IMG/VR virus record: IMGVR_UViG_3300037307_000569
Coordinates: 1-48,055 of that record
Length of the DNA: 48,055 nt
Strand: one strand, 5' to 3'
Source of the DNA: a virus
Taxonomy: Duplodnaviria; Caudoviricetes
Below the pieces are notes generated by a model. That model made no database searches. It was not told where the DNA came from and saw only the letters and a program-made list of their open reading frames with translations. The translations under genes were made by a program, and so were the position numbers. Positions within the stretch are counted from its first letter, which is position 1. Each line of letters opens with the position of its first letter. Shown one piece after another: positions 18,695-28,264 of the stretch.

Positions 18695-21600
18695 TTAAAC
18701 ATATCCCAATACGCAAGCGCCTCCCGCGCAAGCCTGCGCCCCAGTCTCATCAACTTGTTGGTAATGCGGTTCTGGCTCGCTGACTTCGGACCAATCGATT
18801 TCCTTGTATGTCCTTTTCAACTCAAGCCACTTGTGCCAAACGTGGGCGTGTTTCAAGCAATAAGTTGCGGTTCTTAAATCGCCATTAAAGTAACGGTTTG
18901 CGAATTGTTTTGCGCGACGAACCCAATCAACCTTATAAAACCAGTCATCAAAAGATTCTCGGGCTGAAAAATACTTCACCAATTCGCGCCCCCAAACCTT
19001 GTCTGAGTGGCCGTTCTTCACTGGATATTCGGGGCATTCCATCTTCTCGGCCAACGGTTTGCCAAATCCCAATGCGGTTTTGCAAGCCTCCCACAAATCG
19101 CCATCAAACGCCGCAAGACCGTCCACCACCAGTCCACTCGCCAAAACAGAAGCGTCTCCATATTCTTTCACCATTTCGCTCGGGGTAAGGACTTGGGAAA
19201 ACGGGGCTTGGGTGTAATCAAGATCTCCGAAGGCGGATATCAGGGAAATCGCGGTAAAGGATTCCCTATGCTGGTAAATGAATTCGGCAACTTCATGCCA
19301 TTCATTCGGTTTGACGTGAATGGTGTTCGAAACGTTGTGGGAAATGCCTTTTGACACACAAAGTTCTTCGTTGTGTCCTCCAGTAACCCAAGATTGCTGG
19401 GTTTTAAGAACATTTTTAAGCATTTCTATTGCCGAAAGATCGTTCTTCAGCACTGCTCCCGCTGGAACCTCGCACATGAAAGACAAAATATAATCGGTGT
19501 TGTTCGAAGACCACACCGACTCTTCCACTGCTTCTGGATTGACCGATTTGAAGAAATTGGCTGGCCATTCCTGTTTGTTGCTCTGCGCCCGCCTGATATA
19601 TCTTCGGGCGTGGTGTGGATGGATGCCAGACGCGGTTTGCAATACGCAGGAAGTGCTGCCAGCGGGTTTGATACAAGTGGTTCTGGCCGCTGGGTTTATC
19701 CCGATCATTGCGGCAACCTTGCGATTGGTGGCGTTGACCACTTTCGCCCCTTTGGCAAGAACCCCCTCATTCAGCAGGATTTCAGGACAGTCCATTATCC
19801 CAGTAATCGAAACTCCCAAAAGAGCCTCCTCGTCAAAGATTTCCTTTGACTCGGGGGATAGATACACAAAGTCTGTATATTTAGCCTGCAAAGTTCCAAT
19901 GATTGCCGCAGCCTCGCAAGCTTGTAAAAACTTCTCTTCCGTATCGCACCATCTCCCGTTGATTTCGCAAAGGTTGCAGCCTTGCACCCCGCTTACTCCC
20001 TTGCGAGTTTTGGGGTAGAGACCTATCTCAAAACAGTTTGAAACGTTGCAACCGCCAGTCCAATAGGTATGAGGCTCGTTGTCTACGGTGATATCAAAAA
20101 CCTCGTCTTCTCCCAAGCTTTCAATTTCATAAATTTCGAATGATGCTTTTTTAGGAGAAGAAGAGCCACAAGCTTCTAGCTTTTTCTGCTTATATCCTTG
20201 TAAGAATCCAATCTTTTGCGTAAATACTTTTTTATCGGATGTTATATTTAAATCGTATGATTTCTTTGAAATATACGTTCCGTTTTTAAAATCAACGCTT
20301 TTAGACTTGTTCTTGGTATAATAAGACGCTATCCCGACAGAGGACAACATTTGTTGGACGGCTTCGATAACCTTGAAGGAAGAGGCTTTTAGTGTTACCC
20401 TGTTATTCACAATGCTCCCGTTGGCGGAAAACAGCCCCCTCAAAAAGGAACATACTGTTTGCGGCGAGCCATGCACAAATCTTTGGGGTATTTCCCTAGC
20501 AAAAGTTTGCGGAAGTTCGTTTGCGGTAATGGAGGTTTGAACTTCAAACAGTACCTTGTTAATCCCAGGTCGGTGCTTGATAATCAGGCTGGATATTTCC
20601 GAATCAAAATAATCTTGGTCGTTTTCTCCGATATTAAGCAAGACCAAACCATTGCTGGCGTGATGAACTGTTCCATCACCGAATACCAATCCATCCATAA
20701 CACACGCAACATCAAATTCTCCGCGTGAATCATCTGGGCCTTTCAGCCAGTCTATGGACTCGGCATCTTTAGCCTCAACCTTGATGCCATTGGACACAAC
20801 CTTATGGTTTTCCGTTCCAATAAATACTCCAGCATTGGTTTTATACTTGAAAACAGGCTTTACTCCATTGGACCATTTTTTAACCACAGTAGTCCATCCA
20901 GTTTCCGACCAAATCTTATCGCCCTCCTTGATCTGGCCCATTGTAGAAATACCTTTTTTGGTCAATACGGTGGCATATGCTGGTTGGCATGGGTTCGACC
21001 CGTGATCTATATGCTCGCAGAAGAAAAATCCTGGCTCCCCGAAATGCCGCGCATTTTTAATTATGTTTTCGAAGTCTTCCCAAGTCACATGATCCCGCAA
21101 CAAAACAACAGAGTTGTTTGATCTGGCGCGTTGGGGGTTTTCCACATCCCAATTCCCGACTTTCGCGGTCATCATTTCCTCGTCATCCTTGGAAAACAAA
21201 CAAGATGTCGCAGCCCGCCTAACACCACCACTCAAAACAGCATCGGCGCAATGCATGAGGACATCATAACAATCAACAGGGTGAAGGATAGTTTCGCCGC
21301 TGGCCAAGCGCTTTTCCAATAGTTGCCATATTTTGGCAATGGAGTTGGCCAATCCTTTCGGTCCTGGGGCCTTGAATTGTCCAGCAATCAAAGAACCTTC
21401 GGGTCGGACTTTCGAGAAATCGAATTCAATTTCGTATCCAAGGTAATCAGCCCACTTTTGGTGCGAGGAAACAAAGAATGAATTGATGCACACGCCAATG
21501 GCATCACTCCACCCCTCAATGGAATCCTCGACAACAAAAGGTTTGACTCCTTTGTTTCTTCGGCGCAGGGAAGGCAGCAGCGCCACATGTTCCCGCTGCA

Positions 21601-21961
21601 CCGAAAACCCGAAGCCGCAGCCGCATAATAAAAGATACATGGCTTCTTCAAAAGCAGTGGTGCGGTCGATCAATGAATAAGTGCAGTTGAAGATTTTGGC
21701 GTTGTGGGCCTCCACCCATTTGCCACCGAACTGCAAGGCGCGTTGCGAACCCAAAACACGCTTCTTCAACATCTGAAGTTTGGCGAATTCAAAGAGTTGG
21801 GCGAATTCCGCGTTTTCCTTAAGCTCCTTTTCGAACTTTCGGGCGTGCATGCCGAAGACGCGTTCCACGATCTCTTCCCACGTTTCCCTTCTTTTTTTAT
21901 CTTTCAAATAGTGCGCGTAACGCGCATAAACCGTATAGTCGGACAATGCCTTCAAGCTCAT
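18695..21961 (-). CDS. nrdJ: Class II (adenosylcobalamin-dependent) ribonucleotide reductase, intein-containing
   Basis: RRETWEE, FNC, GGVRRAA, RARSNNS, NP-[intein]-CFEI, CNLCEIN, TCIKPAGSTS, C-terminal ACAGGAC. Start set at ATG 21961, 8 nt after GTGTAA. Confidence 0.9.
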   Translation of the reverse strand: MSLKALSDYTVYARYAHYLKDKKRRETWEEIVERVFGMHARKFEKELKENAEFAQLFEFAKLQMLKKRVLGSQRALQFGGKWVEAHNAKIFNCTYSLIDRTTAFEEAMYLLLCGCGFGFSVQREHVALLPSLRRRNKGVKPFVVEDSIEGWSDAIGVCINSFFVSSHQKWADYLGYEIEFDFSKVRPEGSLIAGQFKAPGPKGLANSIAKIWQLLEKRLASGETILHPVDCYDVLMHCADAVLSGGVRRAATSCLFSKDDEEMMTAKVGNWDVENPQRARSNNSVVLLRDHVTWEDFENIIKNARHFGEPGFFFCEHIDHGSNPCQPAYATVLTKKGISTMGQIKEGDKIWSETGWTTVVKKWSNGVKPVFKYKTNAGVFIGTENHKVVSNGIKVEAKDAESIDWLKGPDDSRGEFDVACVMDGLVFGDGTVHHASNGLVLLNIGENDQDYFDSEISSLIIKHRPGINKVLFEVQTSITANELPQTFAREIPQRFVHGSPQTVCSFLRGLFSANGSIVNNRVTLKASSFKVIEAVQQMLSSVGIASYYTKNKSKSVDFKNGTYISKKSYDLNITSDKKVFTQKIGFLQGYKQKKLEACGSSSPKKASFEIYEIESLGEDEVFDITVDNEPHTYWTGGCNVSNCFEIGLYPKTRKGVSGVQGCNLCEINGRWCDTEEKFLQACEAAAIIGTLQAKYTDFVYLSPESKEIFDEEALLGVSITGIMDCPEILLNEGVLAKGAKVVNATNRKVAAMIGINPAARTTCIKPAGSTSCVLQTASGIHPHHARRYIRRAQSNKQEWPANFFKSVNPEAVEESVWSSNNTDYILSFMCEVPAGAVLKNDLSAIEMLKNVLKTQQSWVTGGHNEELCVSKGISHNVSNTIHVKPNEWHEVAEFIYQHRESFTAISLISAFGDLDYTQAPFSQVLTPSEMVKEYGDASVLASGLVVDGLAAFDGDLWEACKTALGFGKPLAEKMECPEYPVKNGHSDKVWGRELVKYFSARESFDDWFYKVDWVRRAKQFANRYFNGDLRTATYCLKHAHVWHKWLELKRTYKEIDWSEVSEPEPHYQQVDETGAQACAGGACVLGYV
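20036..20989 (-). mobile_element. Intein (318 aa) with LAGLIDADG homing endonuclease
   Basis: Begins CQPAYATV, block B TENHKV, LAGLIDADG-like DGLVFGDG and FLRGLFSANG, ends VFDITV..HTYWTGGCNVSN followed by C+1. Confidence 0.92.
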
Positions 21962-22080
21962 GACCAATGTTACACTGGCATGCGCTCTTTTAAACAAGGT
22001 ATTCCGAAAAAGAGGCCCACCGATTTTTGAAAAACCAATAGCAAGAGAAATACGTGTCTTTTGGCTTTTTTCAGAAACAT

Positions 22081-22180
22081 GGGGGGCACTTGGGGGGTGA
22101 CTTGGGGGGTGTAAATGAATAAGGAGAAGAGTAAGAGAGAGAGGAATAGTGGAATGGGAAGGAGTGGCAGAATGGTAAAA
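22081..22180 (+). repeat. Three G6 tracts followed by a polypurine stretch
   Basis: GGGGGGCACTTGGGGGGTGACTTGGGGGG then about 70 nt of mostly A/G. Confidence 0.8.
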
Positions 22181-22533
22181 TTGAAGGTTGTTGCGTGTAG
22201 GGACTACCCCCCCGCGTTTCTAACAGTTAGTGTATCACACATTATTCAAAAAACGGGGTAGGGGGGTATTTGCCCCCCTAACCGTTAGATTCAGTGTATC
22301 ACAGCACGATGCAAAGTGCCATGATAGCGCTGATTGTTATGACAACTTGCAGCAACATGTTAGGTCTCCGTTAGATGTTAGAATGTTAGATGTTATGGAT
22401 TGCGAGCATCCCAAATCCACCACGCGACCATGGCGGCAGCAATGAAGGTGACTAGGAATGTTTCCATAGTTAGAATCCGTTAGAGTTCCGTTAGGTTTGG
22501 GGCGGGCTCGCGCCCGCCCCTATTGTTAGTGTA

Positions 22534-22968
22534 TCACAGTCCAATGGACCGCAACACGTTTTGCCATTTCGTGCCCTTTTCCGCTGCGCGTGCTGCGCTC
22601 AATACCCGCTTGTCAAGCGGGAATTCGATCACGTTTCCCATTGCCTTGACGTAGGCAATGGAACACCCGTGCAAGTTGCGGCATTCTGGAACGTCGCCTT
22701 CGACAGCCCTAAGGCAGACTCGGATATCCACTCCCTCGGGGAGTGGGTCTAAGGATGGCGTGCGCTTGACTTCCCCTGTCTCATGCGCAGCTTGAACGCG
22801 TTTCCGCGCCAAGTATGGCGCACCGAATTGGCGGGTTACAAATCCGCCTTCTGTAATGGAGTAGTACTTGACTACTCCCCAAAGGTTACGGCGAGTGGAT
22901 TCGTTCATGACCCGTAGCATAGAAGCCTCCGCTTCCATGCGCTTGTGTGATATGCTGTATGCTTTCAT
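22534..22968 (-). CDS. Hypothetical protein
   Basis: 144-aa ORF with a downstream hairpin at about 22500-22520. Confidence 0.6.
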   Translation of the reverse strand: MKAYSISHKRMEAEASMLRVMNESTRRNLWGVVKYYSITEGGFVTRQFGAPYLARKRVQAAHETGEVKRTPSLDPLPEGVDIRVCLRAVEGDVPECRNLHGCSIAYVKAMGNVIEFPLDKRVLSAARAAEKGTKWQNVLRSIGL

Positions 22969-23056
22969 GGTGGTTTGGGGTTGGGTGCCGCTTCACTCAC
23001 GGCAAGGGCAAAGTAGCATCGCGGGGGCAGACTGGCAATGAGAAAAGCAAGAATTC

Positions 23057-23116
23057 GCACGCTAGGGCACGCTAGGGCACGCTAGGCCAGCCTAGGGCAC
23101 GCTGAGCCCGCCTAGG
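23057..23116. repeat. Tandem 10-bp repeat (GCACGCTAGG) x6, degenerate
   Basis: Three exact units at 23057, 23067, 23077 plus three variants. Confidence 0.85.
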
Positions 23117-23585
23117 GCGGGACTGTCCCAGGCCCAGTCCACAGTTGCATTCAACTCTCACAAGTGTAATATACCCTGCCCTAACATGTCCTAACATCTT
23201 CTAACATGTCCCTAACAGCCTAACAGCCTGTTAGATTGTTAGACGCTTCTAACAATTGCATGCAATAAAAATTTGTGGTTACGATAAAAGGGGCTCCTTT
23301 TCTTCCAACCACAAATCCGATTGTTGCATGCACTAACAGTGTGATACTAACATGTTGTTAGAGATGTCTAACATGATATACTTGCGCATAACGTATTTGC
23401 GCCATATCAGGAAGGAAATGCATGCAATCGGGTATTTGGAGGGAAGCGCTAGAATGCGTTCTAAGCGCTTGGAGGGGCATTCTGGCATGCTGACAAGGGC
23501 GGGGATTCAACCCCTGTCCTTGGCGTTCTTAAGGCACAAAAAAGGCCAAGGGGAAACCCCTTGGCCATGGTGGTAGCGGGGGGAG

Positions 23586-23969
23586 TTATACCCCCACTTG
23601 CTCCGCTGCCAGTGGAGAGGGAATGAGCGGGGGCAAGGCGTTAGCCGCTTCCACTGCCATCGCGGCGAGAATCGGCCCTGCCACGCGCCAAGGGGCGGAA
23701 TGCGCGATGGTGATTTCCGCCCCCGTAGGGGAAAGAACGGTCTTCTTCTCTTTCAACTCCATCCACTTGGGACGGGTGACGGTTTTCTTCCCCTTTTGAA
23801 CCCGCTCTTCCCCAAGGGCGAGAAAGCGCCCCTCAGAGACGCGGAATTCCAAAACCACGTCCCGCGTGGCAGGGACATAGACCGCAACCTTGGCGTGGTA
23901 GGGGAAACGGATGTCGGAGCGCTTGGCCAAGGACAGGAAAACGGGAAGGGAAACGTAGGTGGTTTGCAT
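23586..23969 (-). CDS. Hypothetical early protein
   Basis: ORF from MQTTYV; terminator hairpin at about 23537-23567. Confidence 0.6.
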   Translation of the reverse strand: MQTTYVSLPVFLSLAKRSDIRFPYHAKVAVYVPATRDVVLEFRVSEGRFLALGEERVQKGKKTVTRPKWMELKEKKTVLSPTGAEITIAHSAPWRVAGPILAAMAVEAANALPPLIPSPLAAEQVGV

Positions 23970-24340
23970 GGCGTGGGGTGGCCTACTGGAATCGCACTCC
24001 CACAAAACGTCCCGAGCCAAACCAACGTGGCTTGGTTGTCGGGGTGGGGTGGCGGGAAGTAAGCACGCGCCCAAGATGGGGATTCACTGCATCTCGACAA
24101 GAAAAATCGCACCAATCACACAAAAAAGATTGTTTTTCTACCTTTCTGCATATGTCCATTGGACAGATGTGTAGGACACTCAATCACTAACAAACAGTTA
24201 GAAATGCCCTAACAATTGCATGCAATTGCGGGAATTGTGGTTACTACAAAAAGAGCCCACTTTCTTGTAACCTCAAAAATTGTTGCATGCATCAACTGTG
24301 TGATACAGCGTGCCAGACCATACGACCCCCCCTACCCCCC

Positions 24341-24427
24341 CTAACAGTTATTTGGCTCTAACAGTTAGATATTTGGGCCTAACAGTTAGAAACGGGGCTC
24401 TAACAGTTAGAAACGGCTAACAGTTAG
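24341..24427. repeat. Five CTAACAGTTA(G) palindromic iteron-like repeats
   Basis: Copies at 24341, 24358, 24379, 24400, 24417 (spacing 17/21/21/17). Confidence 0.85.
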
Positions 24428-24571
24428 ATAATGGGTTGTCTCACACTCCAATCTGAAAAGAAAAGAGCAACTCCTTTCGGAGTTGCCCTTTCCCCCCTTT
24501 GTGCCATGAAAAAACCTACAAAATCACGTAAAGCGCAACTAACGCCGCGAGCGTGAATGTGAGTTGCCAAA

Positions 24572-25054
24572 TCATGGCGTTTCCTCGCTTCCCACGCCAT
24601 TCACCGCTTCGATGTTTTCTACCTTGTGGCAAAGGTAGTCAGCAACTTCACCGTCACGCTTTTCCGAAGCAAGCAAGAAATCCTCAACTTCCGCATAGGA
24701 AACGGGTTTGCCGTCGAGAAAGAATTGCGAGCGGGCAGGGTTGCCACTCGGTTGGCCGAAAAGGTAAATCTGGCCATTGGTTTTGTGGCGACGAAATAGG
24801 TTGCGCCCGCCATCGACCTCGGGGCAGGGTTCATGCCAAAGCTGCTCGGGGGCAAGCTTTTCGCGCCCGTTCTCCCGTGCTTCGATTGTGCTGGCTTGGT
24901 TTTCGTAATTGTGGCCAAGCCGCATTTGCATTTGCGTCCGCTTGGTGACGGCAGGCGACCCTTTGCGCGTTTTGCACGGGCGATAGGAAATGACCGTGGC
25001 AATTGCCCCACGCTGACGAGTGCCAAGGACTTCGAATAGTTGAGTGGTTGTCAT
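24572..25054 (-). CDS. Hypothetical early protein
   Basis: Leaderless start MTTTQL after a TTGCCA...TACTTT promoter. Confidence 0.7.
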   Translation of the reverse strand: MTTTQLFEVLGTRQRGAIATVISYRPCKTRKGSPAVTKRTQMQMRLGHNYENQASTIEARENGREKLAPEQLWHEPCPEVDGGRNLFRRHKTNGQIYLFGQPSGNPARSQFFLDGKPVSYAEVEDFLLASEKRDGEVADYLCHKVENIEAVNGVGSEETP

Positions 25055-25265
25055 AACGGGGGGAAAGTAGCATCTCGCAAGGGGGATGGCAAGGGAAAAG
25101 GTTAAAAAAGATTTTTTCATTTTGTAATTGACAAACCCCTAACAGAATCGTCTAACAGCTCCCTAACAGCATCTAACAATTGCATGCAACAAAAAAATTG
25201 TGGTTAGCAGAAAGTGGGCGCTTTGTGAAGTAACCACAAAATTGCTTTTGTGGCTTTGTAATATA

Positions 25266-25706
25266 CTATAGTAGCCCCGCCTGTCTAAAGGAAAAGAACG
25301 TATTTGTATCATCTCCAATGATAACGTGATCGAGAAAGCGGATATTCATGATTGCGGACGCCTCATGAACGCGTTTCGTCAATTCCCTGTCGGCAGTACT
25401 CGGGGCAGGGTCGCCGCTTGGATGATTGTGAACCAAGATGAAACCGTGCGCACCGCCAACAATCACGGGACGCAAAATTTCCCTTGGGTGGGCGCACGTC
25501 TCGCTAACCGTACCAAGAGAAACAAGAAACCACGCCTTGGTTTTAATCCGAGACGTTGTAAGCAAAACGTGAAGGTGTTCTTGGGAATCCGCCATGGTGG
25601 GGCGGATTTGCGTTTGGTGATATTCGCAAACCAATTCGGAAGAATCAATTAGGGTTTGCTCTTCCCTGACTTTAGAAGAGAGCACGGGAACGATCTTGTA
25701 TTGCAT
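25266..25706 (-). CDS. RadC-like JAB/MPN domain protein
   Basis: QEHL, VSLGTVSETCAHPREI, HNHPSGDPAPSTAD, FLDHVIIG, FSFRQAGLL. Confidence 0.92.
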   Translation of the reverse strand: MQYKIVPVLSSKVREEQTLIDSSELVCEYHQTQIRPTMADSQEHLHVLLTTSRIKTKAWFLVSLGTVSETCAHPREILRPVIVGGAHGFILVHNHPSGDPAPSTADRELTKRVHEASAIMNIRFLDHVIIGDDTNTFFSFRQAGLL

Positions 25707-25745
25707 GGCGTACAAAGGCTAGGGGTTGCGTTAGGTGCGCTTGGA

Positions 25746-25964
25746 TCACGCTTTGCGGCGTGCTGTGCGGAGAATTTCCGCAGCGGCGTCTCGTTCAATC
25801 GAAACGCCACAAGGGAGACCTCTTCCCGCAATCGCTACCCGCATGGTTCTTCCGTGTCCGCGCGTGGTCAACAAGAGGAGCTTGCCGCTTTCGCTTTCGA
25901 TACGCGTATACATGAGGCATGCCACGGATGCCTTTTCCCGTTTGATGGTGTAGATCTTGGCCAT
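25746..25964 (-). CDS. Small hypothetical protein
   Basis: ATG start MAKIYTIKRE; located upstream of the RadC-like gene. Confidence 0.45.
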   Translation of the reverse strand: MAKIYTIKREKASVACLMYTRIESESGKLLLLTTRGHGRTMRVAIAGRGLPCGVSIERDAAAEILRTARRKA

Positions 25965-26187
25965 GTCCCGAGTCTGGCCTAACAAAAGCCTAACAACAAG
26001 AAAAAAAACAAGAATTTTTGTTGTATGCAATAACTTTTGTGGTTGCTCCAAAACGCATCCCCTCCCAGCCAACCACAAAATACTTTGTGATACACTCAGC
26101 TAGGGTGTCGCCGCTCCCCCGCGCCCGCGCTTATTTGCGATATTTTGTTCTTGACTTGTCCAAACGAGACGCTACCCTGCCCGCGTC

Positions 26188-26478
26188 ATGAGAACCTATG
26201 TTTACCTTGAATTGCCTGATGGTTTGGAGTACCAAGTCTTTGCCACGTTTTCCATCATTCCCGCACTCGTTTGCGTGGGCTGGATTGCGGATGGCGTGCG
26301 CAAGACGAAAGACGTTCAACAGGGCTGGGAAATCGATGGGGAAATCGAATTTGACAGTGTGGAGGTCACTTCTCCTAGTGGCTGGCAAGCGGTTCCCAAG
26401 GATGACCCGCGCTATCTGCAAGCTTGCGAAGCGTCCCGCCCGCTCTTCCAAGCCTACGTAGACAATTATCAAAAATAA
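26188..26478 (+). CDS. Hypothetical early protein
   Basis: Leaderless: TTGACT at 26151, ATG 37 nt later. Confidence 0.75.
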   Translation: MRTYVYLELPDGLEYQVFATFSIIPALVCVGWIADGVRKTKDVQQGWEIDGEIEFDSVEVTSPSGWQAVPKDDPRYLQACEASRPLFQAYVDNYQK

Positions 26479-26529
26479 GCGAAAAAAAAGCTTGCATTCC
26501 TCCCGCCAAGTTGCTACTTTCTCCGCGTC

Positions 26530-26859
26530 ATGAATACTCCATTTAGCCTTATCGATTTTGTCTACCTATTCGACATCTTTGGCGTGATTGGATCGCGCCT
26601 TACAGCGAACAGCATCGCGCTTGTCTGCGATGGCGGCAGCGTGACTGTATTCGAAGCACCAAACGGTGAATTCCAATTGAATGATTTGCCGCCAGCATCG
26701 CACCAAACGATCATTCTGGCAATCGCCAGTGTGCTCGGCCTTGACTTGGGGGCAGTCATGCAAGACTATCAACTCTTGTTTACGGAAGAACAGCCTCCAA
26801 TTTTCTCTTCCTACTACGGCGACTTGTGGAAACGCAAGCATGCCGAATGCGCAATTTGA
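26530..26859 (+). CDS. Hypothetical early protein
   Basis: Leaderless promoter TTGCAT...TACTTT; terminator follows. Confidence 0.7.
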   Translation: MNTPFSLIDFVYLFDIFGVIGSRLTANSIALVCDGGSVTVFEAPNGEFQLNDLPPASHQTIILAIASVLGLDLGAVMQDYQLLFTEEQPPIFSSYYGDLWKRKHAECAI

Positions 26860-27000
26860 CAATCGGCAATTGTCAGGGGGCGGCGAGTGTCGCCCCCGCT
26901 TTTTTGTAGTTACTTCGCAACGCATCCCCCCGCTGCCAACCTCAAAAAAACAAAGATTGTTCTTGACTTCACCCCTTCACTGCCCCACCTTTCCCGCGCC

Positions 27001-27408
27001 ATGAATGCACAAGCACTCGACCTATTCAACCTCGCCCTCGCCATGTCCGTCCTCGCCCGCGAGGATTCATTGGAAAAGCTCGCCCGCATGGAAGAGCCCT
27101 TTGGCCTCTCCCCTGACAAGCCGTGGCCGAATTTTAATCGCGAACGGCCTCACGACTGGTATATCAATCCCAACGGGTTGACTGTCCGCTTTCCAAGCGA
27201 CTCTGAGCCTTGGGATGATGGTTTGGACGATGACGAAATCGAAGAAGAGCGAATTCGCATCGAAAACGGCCCACAAGATGAGCCCGATTTGTCCGCACCC
27301 GAACCACGGGAGGACGATGACGAGTGGCAGGAAGAGCCCGATCCACGCGACCTTGAATATTGGACGCGAATGGAAGAATATAAGAAGGAAATGCGCGAAA
27401 ACCGCTAA
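27001..27408 (+). CDS. Highly acidic early protein
   Basis: Leaderless start at 27001; D/E-rich C-terminal half. Confidence 0.7.
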   Translation: MNAQALDLFNLALAMSVLAREDSLEKLARMEEPFGLSPDKPWPNFNRERPHDWYINPNGLTVRFPSDSEPWDDGLDDDEIEEERIRIENGPQDEPDLSAPEPREDDDEWQEEPDPRDLEYWTRMEEYKKEMRENR

Positions 27409-27519
27409 GCGCATGCAACACGGGAGGGGATGGCGCAAGCCATCCCTTTTTTTGTGGTTTGTTCGCAACGCATCCCCACTGAACCAACCACAATTTTTGT
27501 TTCATGCAACACGGTATCC

Positions 27520-27585
27520 TTAGTGGAGCGCTCCGAAATAAATGATTAGAAAGATACCAATAATGATAAGATTAATCCATGTCAT
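27520..27585 (-). CDS. 21-aa hydrophobic peptide (MTWINLIIIGIFLIIYFGALH)
   Basis: Own leaderless promoter (TTGACT...TAGGCT) directly upstream. Confidence 0.5.
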   Translation of the reverse strand: MTWINLIIIGIFLIIYFGALH

Positions 27586-27670
27586 ATTTACAGCCTAGCG
27601 GGTGAAATCTGCCAAGTCAATCCTTATTTAAATTGACAATGGCCAACCAGCATGCTCTATTTAGGGCGTC

Positions 27671-28006
27671 ATGAAAAACAAAACCACCGTTTCCGAAAGA
27701 ACGCGCATTGCACGCGCTTTGATGTGCTCTGATTTGCTTCGTGGCTTGGATCGCAACCAAAGCAAGCCAAGGGCGTTATGGGCTATCCACGAAGCGCTAA
27801 CCAAGTGTGGCTTCGTTCTCGATATGGTATCGGCTGACATTATCATGGGCGACAAGGGACAGCGCTGCCTGTCATTCTCGCGACAGGATGACCTGATCGA
27901 TGGAGACGGTGTGCGCATCGAAAACGCCGCGATTTGTTTTGTTTGGGAAAACTTGGCAGCAACCGTTGAGTCGCCACGCTGGGAATTCCTTGCTTATGTT
28001 TCCTGA
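27671..28006 (+). CDS. Hypothetical early protein
   Basis: Leaderless (TTGACA at 27633). Confidence 0.75.
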   Translation: MKNKTTVSERTRIARALMCSDLLRGLDRNQSKPRALWAIHEALTKCGFVLDMVSADIIMGDKGQRCLSFSRQDDLIDGDGVRIENAAICFVWENLAATVESPRWEFLAYVS

Positions 28007-28053
28007 AGATTGTCCTTGACTTTCCAAATTCAAACCACGAAGATTCCCGCGTC

Positions 28054-28180
28054 ATGAACACGTGATTTTTAACCCCACTAAGATTCGGGGTAGAAAGGAG
28101 GAAAGGAGGCCACCATGAAATTCTAACCACACAAAACCGCTAGTAAGTTGCGGGGGGCGGCAGTGCCGCCCCTCGTTTTG
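28054..28180 (+). ncRNA. Short transcript with two minigenes (MNT*, MKF*) and a tandem SD
   Basis: Promoter TTGACT at 28016; ATGAACACGTGA; AAAGGAGG x2 (28094-28109); ATGAAATTCTAA; GC terminator at 28152-28180. Confidence 0.55.
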
Positions 28181-28264
28181 TAGTTACTTCACAACGCATG
28201 CCCCCCAAAGAAACCTCAAAAATGTATTGACTTGCGAGGGGCAGGGGTTTAGAGTCCTTTCACC

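Noticed and set aside
18695-21961. Group I intron or frameshift in the RNR gene
   Set aside because: The frame is continuous and the extra length is fully explained by the intein
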